From: Stegostoma tigrinum | Taxonomy: Eukaryota | Assembly (NCBI RefSeq): GCF_030684315.1 | Contig: NC_081377.1 | Coordinates: 10,664,001-10,728,000 of the forward strand | Direction of reading: 5' to 3' | DNA length: 64,000 bases | Shown: positions 38,080-49,204 of the stretch, piece after piece | How positions within the stretch are numbered: position 1 is the first letter of the stretch | Layout: each line of letters opens with the position of its first letter | Position numbers and translations under genes: made by a program | Notes under the pieces: generated by a model | Database searches by the model: none | What the model was told of the DNA's origin: nothing | What the model saw: the letters and a program-made list of their open reading frames with translations, nothing else

Positions 38080-38520
38080 ACAGGTGTGTGTAGCTCCAAC
38101 AACACTCAAGAAGCTCATTAACGTCCAGGACAAAACACCCTGCTTGATTGGAACCATATCCACAACCATCCATTCCCTCCACTACCAACTCTCAGCAGCA
38201 GCAGTGTGTACCTCCTGCAAGATGCACAGCATAAATTTACCAACAAACCTAAGACAACACCTTCCAAAGCTATGACCACTACTGTCCAGAGGAACAAGGG
38301 CAGTAGATGCATGCCAACATCATCATCTGGATACCCCTTCCAAACAACTCACCACCCTAACGTGGAAATATAACACTGTTCCTTCACTGCCAGTAAGTCA
38401 AAATTCTAGAGCTCCCTCTCTCACAGCATTGAACATCAAATGAACCATAACAACTCAAGAAAACAACTTGACATCACTTTCTCAAGAGAAACTAAGGAAG
38501 GCCCAGCCCGTGACACAGAC
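38080..38520 (+). mobile_element. LINE 3' fragment (CR1/L2 group)
   Basis: APTTLKKLINVQDKTPCLIG..IHSLHY..AAAVCT..KMH, followed by a tail like 11800-12100. Confidence 0.7.
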
Positions 38521-39594
38521 ATGTCCCAGAGCAGTCCAATTGGATGGATGACCTGCTCTTGCTTCTATTTCCTATTTCTTATGGATAATTTAAACATAAA
38601 ATTGTTGAAGACTTTATAGCCACCTCTCCCCGCTGCAGAGATAAAAATCGAAATATTGAATATTAGAGCAGGTTAAAGAGGTTATTTGGCATATTCCTGC
38701 TCTTTTTTACTAATGTTCCGATGTTCTTTGCTGACATTTGCTGATTTAGAAATCATTCTTTTATTCCACACAGTTATACCATGCTAGTCAAAGGCAATCT
38801 CTCCTCTAGAATATACTATAACTACAAGATATTTTTGTTCAGATGAAAAATATCTGAGAGAGCTCCCGGACTTAACAGGGAGACCATGAAAAAAATACGT
38901 AGACAACTGTAAAAGGTGCTGTTGAAAAGTAAAATCTATTGAGGACCTTTCTTTATTTCTTGGAAGCTTTCTCGTTAAGTTCAGAATCATCAATTTCACA
39001 CAAAATGTTTTGCCTTAATTTAGATTTCCTAGACAAATGTAACTAAATGCTATATCATGCAGGTATATTATTGTATAAAATTATTTGTTTCCAATATATT
39101 TATAGTGATTTATAGTTTAAATGCAAACAAATAATAAAAAAAGACATTTCTTTTTTAAGAACCCTTTCTTGGTACCATTATCTTGTAAAAACTTTTCCTG
39201 ACGGAAAGAGTACAGAAGATAGATAACTTGCTCTTGATGTCATTTTTGACATTTATTGAGGTTTGTTAGGTTAACTCTGAACCATCTTACAATGCAGCTA
39301 ATGGGCTCCACCATTTTTGAACAGCTGACTTCCTCTTAGAGCAGCTGGGCATGTTATTAATGACCTAATTAGGATGTTGGCCTGAGGCACACTGGCAGAA
39401 ATCTGGCAAATTTCAGCACGTCTGCTAAACTTTCATCTTTAAGATAGAGTTGCAGCCCGGGGCAAACAAAATTCTGTGAATCTTTTTTTAATAAAATTGT
39501 CACTTCCCATCAGGCCAGCCCAGATGTTCATGTCTTATGGGAGATTATTGTTGCACAGTGATACAAGAAAAGACTCCTTTTCCAGTTTATTTAA

Positions 39595-40090
39595 CTGGAG
39601 GGGGTTCCAAAAAGATTTACCAGGATGTTTCCGGGAATAGAGTCTTTGAAATATAAAAACAGACTGGACGAACTGGGACTTTTTCTACTGGAGAGTGGAA
39701 GGATCAGGCGTGACCTTATTGAGGTTTATAAAATCAAGAGGCCTACAGATAAGGTGAATGACAAGGGGATTTTCCTTCAAGTGGTGGAGTTCAAAACTCG
39801 GGGACGTATTTTTAAGGTGTGTGGAAAAAAATTTAAAAAGGACATGAGAGGGAGCTTTTTTAAACAGAGAGTGGTTTGTGTGTGGAATGCACAGTCAGAA
39901 AAAGTGGTGAATGCAGGTGCACTTACAACATTTAAAAGACATTTGGATAAGTTCTTGAATAGGAAAGGCTTGGAGGCATATGGGCCAAGCACAGGCAGAT
40001 GGGAGTAGTTTCGTTTCGGAACACGGTAGGCATGGATGGGTTGGACCGAACTGTCTATTTCCATGCTGTATGAGTCTGTGACTCTATGAA
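39595..40090 (+). mobile_element. CR1/HER1 3' end
   Basis: ORF 39625-40008: RLDELGLFLLE..RRDLIEVYKI..KTRG..FFKQRVVCVWNA..TFKRHLDKFLN, with tail tgactctatga. Confidence 0.9.
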
Positions 40091-42554
40091 ATGAATCAAG
40101 TAAGGCCTTAACAATTTTATGATCCTGAAGAACTTGCCACAGTTTTGTAGTTCTGCAATCTGTTGTGTAGGTGTTGTCTTTAAACATTGAACACGTGTAA
40201 GTGAAGAGCCTGCCTTTTCTGAGCTATTCATCTACTCAAACTAAGCAACACATCTGAAATAAGGCAAGTTATGGTTACAGTTCTGCATTTCATAAATGCG
40301 ACTCGAAACATAAATTCTCCAGGTGAGTTATTCTCTGTATCTAAGGATTGTTCTGGAAAATTCATGTGTTGCAACACATTCACTGGATGAGAATACAATG
40401 GAATCAGGTGTAAAACTGATTTTAAACTTTTGAAGACTGAATTCAATGTGGAGTAAAATTACACAATATATAATACATTATTGTACCCATTCCCACCAGT
40501 GTAGGTTAAAATTTCTTATCATGTGCTTCTTTCAGTCTGGTGTTTTAATGTCTCCTTCCCTTGTTCTCTACTGCATCAATTCCCTGTGGTTTTCTATACT
40601 TCTTTCCAGGAACCACTGTTATAGTTTCTAATTTTCAGGAAGAATATTTCATTTTTATTTTTAAGGATTAAGGTGAAGCTAATTGAAGAGCATTAAGAGA
40701 AGTTTCTAATGAGCTTTTGGGACGAATTTGGTAGAATAATTAGAAAGAAATTGGTTTTCTCCCCAGAAGTAAAGTCTGCAACCAGAGGACGTATTTTAAG
40801 ATAACTGAGAAATATCCGAGGGATATTGAGATGAAGTTCCTTTTTTTATGAACAGCAAGCAGTTATCAACTGGAACTGCCAGAAAGTTAGGTGGAAGCAG
40901 ATTCATCAATGATTTTTATAAGGGGATCAAGTACACCTCCGCCACTTGTCACAGGTTTCATCTGCGGTAACTTGTGCAACAAGTCTGTTTGAAAAATCAT
41001 AGAGGAAATTTCATACCGATGTTGTAGTCAGTCCCTATTTATTTGAGCATTTTCATTCTCCAACTCTGCATTTCTTGTTCAGCTTAAATCCCCCCGAAAG
41101 GATCAAACCAGAGCTTGAGAAAGGGAGATAGTGGATTGGTCAGTTTGACCTGCATTTTTGGAGAGCTGAATGGGAGTTGAAATACACAGTAGTCTGCTCA
41201 GGTGCACCTGAGAAATAATTGAGAAACATTTTAATTAAAGGTAAACAATTTCTTGAACACCTTGGAATAGCTCGCACGCTGATATAGACAGAGTTTTGCT
41301 TTAACGTTTGTTGCTAATGCCCACATTTGTGCAAATGTTATTGTGGCTTTCCAGATACAAGTGGCTTTATATATTGAGCTATACCAAATCAATGAGCAGG
41401 CACAGGATAAGTGGTCAGAACTATGATATTGCAGGGTTGCAGGCATAATATAAAGGGACTTAATGTGTTAATCATTAAAATGTAAATGTGATGTGAGCTG
41501 TCACATGCTATCGACTCTAACAGAGGAATGGAAGAATTGTACCAGAGTGATACAAGTCTTATTCTGTATATTAAATGTACAAAATGTTTTGCAGTGCCTA
41601 TTGAGGGTCAAACAGTAGTCACTTTTAGATAAGGTAGAGACAGAAATACAGAAGTTTCAGAGTATGAGCAATCCAGCTGAGTAAAGTAGACTCAAGAGTG
41701 CAGTATGAACATCCAATTCCCACCATTGTGCCTGCAGAATCCAAGAGGACAGAATACGAACTGACACAATGGGAGCAATGCTGTCCAGAGAGACAGGAAC
41801 CAGACCACAAACTAATAGGTCAAGAACAAAAAGTAGGGCTAAATAGATAGCTTTTATGAAGAGCAAATGAGGTAACATGGGCTGAATAGCCCCCTCTCAA
41901 TGCTCAGCATAATTCTGTGAGCTGCAAGTAATTTTTAAGCCAATTTTCCACGAAAGCAATATTATATTCACCCAGATTTGCCAACACAGCAAAAATATTT
42001 CCTTGATTCGTCAAAGTTCTGTTGTAAAGAGATGCACATGTCTCAGGATAGGAAATTGGGGAATAAACATTTCTCCTTCCTGAGTTAAGACTAATGTGAT
42101 GTAAGTCCCCTCTTGCTGCTAGTTGTAAGTTGCATAATTTTGAAAAAAATGCTAAATCAGTTCCTGGTGGGTTTGAGTATATAAACATTCTCCATTATTT
42201 AATGCTAATGAGCTTCAAACTGTCCCTTTTACTTAAGGAGACCAGGGTAATTGGTACAAGAAACTCAAATTCTTTGTGATATCACAAGCCAACCCTTATT
42301 AAACTCACCCATTGCCGATCAGTTAATCTGGCAGCTAAAGCTACAATTTACCTTCTGGGGGTAATTTGACTATCGGTGTCTTCCAAGCATGAAACCATTT
42401 AGTTAGATACTAGACCGGTCACTATTAAGGCCACAGCGATCTTAACAGCGCACCATAATAACAGGCTGGCAGCTTGGGGAAATCCAGCCTCAGCTATATA
42501 CAAGGACAGTGACTTCCAGGATGGTGATGCAGGGGAGAGGCGGCACCACTTAAA

Positions 42555-42765
42555 ACAAGCAATGTAGGTGCTGGAGAAACTCAACAGGAATGGCAGGAAA
42601 TAGAGAAACAGAAGTAACGTGCAAGAGTTCCGAAGAAGAATCATATAGGACTTAAAACATTAATGTTGTTCCTTTCTCTGCAGGTGCTGCCAAACCTGTT
42701 GAGTTTCTCCAGCATTTTCAATGTTTGTTTCAGATTTCCAGCATCTGCAGTTGTCTGCTTTTATT
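42555..42765. mobile_element. Decayed fold-back PLE mini-element (family C)
   Basis: tgctggagaaactcaacagg / cctgttgagtttctccagca arms with a decayed cgaagaagaatca..gacttaaaacatt core. Confidence 0.65.
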
Positions 42766-43383
42766 TGGCAGCACTTTCTAACCTCACAAATTACTTTTAA
42801 AAACCTATGATTAAAAATATGATTTTTTGTCTGAATGAATAAAGAGTATTCCTTGACACTTTTAGTTCTGGTTAACTTCAATTGGCTGGAAAAGCTGATC
42901 AGATCAGGGTTCAATCACCAGCATGACCCAATGTGATCATCAATGCTTGGTCTACATATTGCAAGAAGATTTCCAATGGCTGCTTTTAGCTTCTTCAAAA
43001 ATCAGGTGGCGATCGAAGATGGTGGAATCTGGGCAGATATTTGGCAGCGAATTAATATCAGCTTTCCCCCATTGCAATATCAATGCAAAGTTGTTGAACT
43101 GTTGTGCTAACTCTGTACATGTTTCCTCGTGTTGTATGCAGGAGCATTGCTTCAGTAAGTATGCTTCCTTCTGTTTTTGTGAGGGCTGGAAATTGCCATG
43201 ATTAAATATATTTAAGTTAATTCATTATGAGATAAAAAGAACAAATGTCACTTTACAAGCATCCTGGATTGGTCAGTTGAAGAGTACAAGAATATAACAA
43301 AACTCGGAAGATAAGACCACAGGAAGTAGGAACAGGAGTAGGCCATTCAGCCCTTCAAGCTACCCTGACATTTAATAAGATCA

Positions 43384-43559
43384 TGAAGAAAAACATCAGA
43401 GTTGACATTTCAGGTCTGGAGACCCTTCTTCTGATTTTTTCTTCACAGGTACTGCCAGACCTGTTGACTTTTTCGAGAAACTTCTGTTTTTGTTCCTGTG
43501 TATCTTCAAAATGATCTCCTCTTGTCATGAAAAATTTGAAATGATTTCAGTAAAACTTT
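43384..43559. repeat. Inverted copy of 44310-44484 inserted in a CR1 3'UTR
   Basis: The reverse complement matches over ~175 bp with 2 substitutions and 1 indel. Confidence 0.92.
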
Positions 43560-44369
43560 CCTCAAGTCCATTTTTCTGTGTTTTCCCTATAATCCTTGAT
43601 TCCACTATTGATCAAGAAACTCTCTATCTCAGCATTAAATATACACAAGCTGCCCCCACAGCTCTTTGTGGCAGGATTTCTAAGAACTCATAATTCTCTG
43701 AGAGAAGACATGAATGAAAGGAAGCCATTGAGCTCATTGAAGTTCATCCCTACAGTCCTTTAACTCTTGCAATAAATGACTTCAATATTTTTACCTATAT
43801 TATCTTGTTTTATGGGTTGTTCTGAATATTTATATCTCTATGAATGAATAAAGAGGCTTCCCTGACACTTTCTTTGATCTGCTTTTCCTCTATTTCACCA
43901 TGTATTCTTTGCTCCTAATTCCTCACCACTTCAACAAATTGGCTTTACTGTCTCTATATAATTTTACAAGCCTCCTTCACTGGTATTTTTGCGAGGCTAT
44001 CAATATTAAGTTCCTGCAAGATTTTCATACAGTTCAACTCATTACACAGAATGAGCTCTGCTACTCTCTTTTGCATGTACTCTGATGTTTAGTAGATACA
44101 TTTTCTAAAGCCAAAACTGAACATAATCAAAATAATTTTACAAAGTTTGATCCATCTTTAGGTGCCCCAGGCCCTTTTCATTTGTACACATCAAATATTC
44201 AGTCACACGTTGCCCAAAATATGCTTGGAAAATGTGTCAAATGTTTTGTGCCAGTTGGACATACTACTATTAACTTCTGTGTTTGAAGTATGGTTGACTA
44301 TAACATTGTAAAGTTTTACTGAAATCATTTCAAATTTTTCATGACAAGAGGAGATCATTTTGAAGATAC

Positions 44370-44568
44370 ACAGGAACAAAAACAGAAGTTTCTCGAAAAA
44401 GTCAACAGGTCTGGCAGTATCTGTGAAGAAAAAATCAGAAGAAGGGTCTCCAGACCTGATATGTCAACCTGATGTTTTTCTTCACAGATGCTGCCAGAGC
44501 TGCTGAGCTTTTCTAGCAACTTTGTTTTTGTTCCTGATATACAACATCCACTGTTCTTTCGGTTTTTA
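44370..44568. mobile_element. Fold-back PLE mini-element (family C)
   Basis: caggaacaaaaac..gaagaaaaaatcag / ctgatgtttttcttc..gtttttgttcctg arms, with a hammerhead remnant in the loop. Confidence 0.75.
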
Positions 44569-44719
44569 TCATATTGATGATGTAGGGCTGCCAGCTGTAG
44601 CTGCTAATGCTACTTCCACTTTCCGAAACAATATGCTAAATACCAGCAGCTAGAATGTGGCATTATTGGAAATCTTTGTCCTCTACAGTGGGATTAAATA
44701 GTATTGTGATCTGACATTA

Positions 44720-45760
44720 GTATTTTTTGACCTATTCAGTGGTAAGCATTAATAAAGGGTGTTCACTTACATGTTAGAACTTGGAGAAAGCTGGTCAGCC
44801 TTTTCCTGTCTGATATCAAAGTCAAAGGTGCACAAAGTCCTTATCAGAAACGTGCTCTACCCATGTAATGTTGCAATAACATTACAAACTCAGGAACACC
44901 TTCAGGACCAATGGACAAACTCACTCATGTCTGTAAAGAGATTGATCTGACTATCAGCATCAGGAAGATAAATGTCACAGTCCGGGATGTTGCTGGATCA
45001 TCATCTATCAGTATTGACATAGCGTGAAAGAATCACACACCTACGATCTGTAACCACCAACAATCTGTCACTGTGTGCTGAAATTGACACGCATATCACA
45101 AAAGCTTCACTTGTATGTGTTCAAGCTCTGAAAAAGAATGTGGAACAACAATGACCTGAATAAGAACACAAACAGTGAGGGTACAAAGTCGGTATACTCA
45201 GCGCACTTATTGGCAGTGGTGATGCCTGGATAACACAGGCCAGGCAGGAGAAAAAGCTGAACAGGTTCCACCTGTATGTCTCAGAAATACACTTAGCATC
45301 TCTTGGCAGGAAAAGTACAACAAAGGTCTTGGAGCATGATAATTCAATCAACATAAACTCATTGTTAAGTTAATGAAGCCTGTCCTGGCTTAGCCATGTG
45401 TTGGATGGATGTTAACAGTATACTCACAGATGTATTGTATGATGAATTAATTATGACCTGCTAGCTGCCCATATCTTCTCTAAAAATGAAATATGAAGAT
45501 GGTAGACATTGAAAACTAGGAAATAATTGCTGACAGTCATAATGTCTGGAAGCTTACCTTTTGGAGAAGCTTAGGAAGAGGTGAGTGGAAACAAAAAGCT
45601 CGCCTGTCCAAGGAGACAGTGCAGAGAGAACAGAAGTCAGCAAATTGTGCACCTTCTCAGCCCAACATCATCCTCAGCAACAAATGCAATAGAAACTGCT
45701 ATGCCAGAGAGGGATTTATGAGTAACATCAGGTAATGCTTAACACAGTTGACAACAAAGT
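44720..45760 (+). mobile_element. Decayed RTE-clade LINE 3' half
   Basis: KSKVHKVLIRNVLY..LQTQEHLQ..MDKLTHVCKEIDLTISIRKINV..KKLNRFHL..WLSHV, which is RTE-type RT and C-terminus. Confidence 0.75.
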
Positions 45761-45889
45761 TTCCAGTCCTTTCATTTCAATAGCCCTGGCACATTCTGAG
45801 CTGGCTTCATTCAAGCATAGCATTGAGTTGGAAGGTAAGTTGAAGTTTGGTGCAAGTTTCAGAGACCTTAACTGTGTTCATGTTCATGT

Positions 45890-46212
45890 ATAGAATCATA
45901 GAATCCCTACAGTGTGGAAACAGGCCCTTCAGCCCAACAAGTCCAAACCGACCGTCACAGCACTCATGTGAACACATCCCTCTATAACTCACCTAATCTA
46001 CACATCCCTGAACACTATGGGCAATTCAGCATGGCCAATCCACCTAGCCTGCGCATCTTTGCACTGTGGGAGGAAACCAGAGCACCCAGAGGATACCCAC
46101 GCTGACACGGGGAGAATGTGCAAGCTCCACACAGGCCCGCACCCACCGGTGGAATTGAACCCAGGTGCCTGACACTGTGAGGCAGCGGTGCTAACCACTG
46201 TGTCATCATGCC
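45890..46212 (-). mobile_element. HE1 SINE
   Basis: Head, V-domain and tail as in the other copies. Confidence 0.9.
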
Positions 46213-47098
46213 AGTGGATGCTGAATAAATGCTTTGGAAGGCGGGATCACGAGTAAAATCCCAGAAGTTACTGCTGCTGATTGTAACCTTTGGGCTTCCC
46301 TAGAATTTTGCAGAGCCTCCAGTCTCTGTAATCCCACCACCGATCCCTACACCAGTATTCACCAGGCTCCTCTGCACACAACAGTCAAATTAGAAGCAAT
46401 AGGAGGCATGAGAGCCTCTGTCCAACTCAATTCCATGCTGGTGACCAATGATATCTATCTGAAGATACCAAGTAAATTCTGGCATGTTGTAATGGAAACA
46501 TAGACCTGATGTAATGGAACAAAAATTTCCCCAGTGCAATGAAGGAGAAAAGCTGATCTTATATCACTTTTGAACTTACCATTTCTGAAAATTACAACGC
46601 TTTTAGATTCCATATGATTTATCCAAAGATTTTTTTTTAAAAAAACTGGTTCCAACAATTATTCTTCAAATATCCTTATGAACTTATGCCAGGATGAGAA
46701 TTACACTTCTCATTAGTACAAACTGACAGTATTTGCTAACTTTTCAATTTTCTGAAAGAAGGTACCATGGAGCTGTGCTATTATTAATTTGTTTGCAGTC
46801 TTTCTTTACATTTTTTTTTGAAATCTAGAGCAACTAAAATTAAGAAAACCCAAATGTATTTTGTTATGCCATATTTCATAGAAATTAAGAAATATTTTTC
46901 CAATGCAGCTTAACCTATTTAATTTTATCTTGTCATCCCATGATTTTTTTTCCCCAGTAATCCTTCCAGAGTCAAGTCTGTTATGATAAACATCATAGTT
47001 CCATTAGGTTATGTGAGTTTCGGTTGTGGAAGTAGACATTTGGTGGGAAGTAGACATCTTTGATAAGGTCAGCGCCTATTACCCAAGAGATCTTGTAT

Positions 47099-47311
47099 CA
47101 GTGATAATAGGAAATGTAGATGCTGGAGAATCCAAGATAACAAAATGTGAGGCTGGATGAACACAGCAAGCCCAGCAGCGTCTCAGGAGCACAAAAGCTG
47201 ACGTTTCGGGCCTAGATCCTTCATCAGAGAGGTCTAGGCCCGAAATGTCAGCTTTTGTGCTCCTGGAATGCTGCTGGGCCTGCTGTGTTCATCCAGCCTC
47301 ACATTTTGTTA
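47099..47311. mobile_element. Fold-back PLE mini-element with hammerhead
   Basis: ~80-bp inverted arms, minus CTGATGAAGGATCTAGGCCCGAAACGTC (47200-47227), and a 16-bp direct repeat ttacccaagagatctt (47079-47094, 47309-47324). Confidence 0.88.
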
Positions 47312-48099
47312 CCCAAGAGATCTTCTTGGGCAACTAAAGACCATGTGGTGAAGGTACATGGACAGGACTGTTTTTGTAGAGGGTTCCAGGATCTTGACTC
47401 AGCAATGGTGATCGAATAGTGATCTATTTCCATGGTGGGATGGAATGTGACGTGGAAAGCTTGCAGCTGATGGTTTCCCAAGCACTAGATGTCTCCATCC
47501 TGATAGTTGGTAAAAGTTGGCAGATTCCAATGTAAAATCTTTACTATTTGCTGATACATCACTGTTTCAGTTACTTGGAATTTCACTTTATTTAGTTCAT
47601 GGTGAAAAAAACTGTAACAACATGTCCAGTGATTTAAACTCGCTGACATGAACAGCTGCTTCAGGTCAGAGAATAGGTGAGAGTTGTTCAATTGCTGTGA
47701 CAATAAAAGTACATGATAGCTTATGTGGATACATTCATTAACATCCCTGGGCTTTTGCGGGATGTCAGAGATTTATTAGCATATGCAATTTGAAATTCAG
47801 ATAAGGTATGCTTTTAGAATTTGTGAAAATCAGCTCTCAGATGCATACCTTTGCATAGATTTCTTTGTTACTCAGGTCTGTATGACACACGGCATGAAAT
47901 CCTTTCACTGCTTCAAACAGCTGAGATCTTACTTCCCTTTAGGGACTATGCCTGGTGTCAGGGACTCCAGCTGTCATTTCCTTCTGTGATGGTAATAAAT
48001 GATTTATATTAAAAATGGTATATGTAATACTTAGTCCCATGAGGTTCAAGAAAAATGAAGCCAAGTCATTTCCATATAGAGTTTATGTGTCGTTAGCAA

Positions 48100-48960
48100 T
48101 ATTGCTTTATCCCGAGCAGCCCGATGCAAACAGATAATGGCATTGACACTGCAAGCTCAGGTAGGACTCAAGCCAATCAATGCTAAGTCTTCACACCTTC
48201 TCAACCCCCAATGATCGATAAATTCTTAATGATAAGCTGGTGTTGCCATTTTAAACAGGTTTCCAGAACTTTCCGTCCCACACTTGTGAGCTGCCAACAC
48301 ATAATTAACGCTTGTGTTATTTGATCATCACGTCTGTCTGCCGTCTAGCGAGGAGACATAACAAACTCGCAAAACGTAAATATATACGAAATAAACCAAA
48401 ATGCTTTGTGGGCAGGCATTTTTCTGCAGCACAGATTGACAGCCCCTCGTACATAAGACTATCATAGAATGTTCCAGCTCCTTTCTCTATTGTACTTCTC
48501 CCTCCTGTCAATCCGAGCAATTCTCAGATAACAAACCAATGATACTTGACAGTAATTAATGATAAAACTGGAAATAAATTAAATCAAATAAGCAATGGCA
48601 AATATGATGATTACTTTGGACATACTAGATTAATTTTAATTTTTATAATCCCTCTTAACAAAGAAAATGCTAACTAAAAATAATACAAATTTAGCAGCAA
48701 GGTTTTCTTCCAAAATGAAATTTGTTTCTCTATAAACTGAATAATTTGACCATTAAAAACAAGAGACACCCTGAATTTGATGGATTTCTGCCAACATGCG
48801 GAGCTTGTAGGGAGGTACTCAGTTACACTCGAGTGACAAATAGAACAGTGTTGCCAAAAATGTTAGCATTGTGTTCGTATGCATGGTGCTGTGTAATATT
48901 TTGGGCACAAAACAGTTATCCATGGCACACATGCGTGCATGCCGAGAGCCATGTCGTTTG
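48100..48960. promoter_or_regulatory. Candidate conserved non-coding element / developmental enhancer
   Basis: Repeat-free with retained CpGs. Two inverted GATTGACAG (48434-48442, 48505-48513), TGACAGTAATTAAT (48547-48560), TGATGGAT (48778-48785) and ATCGAT. Conservation not tested. Confidence 0.5.
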
Positions 48961-49204
48961 CCTTCTAAGAAAGGATGTAGGCTGGTTGGAAGACACTGAC
49001 TTGACGAAGACGCTGTCGTTTTGAAGCTTAATGCACCAGGTAGCACCCTCTCAAACACAGATTGCTGAAAAAACCTTCAACAGCAGGAAGAACCTTTCCC
49101 ACCAATACAATTTAAAAGGCTCATGCACCAGGTTAGATTCTGATTGGTGCTGAATAGCTTGCCGACTTTGTAGAAATGCTTAAAATAAAACATCGAAATA
49201 AAAC

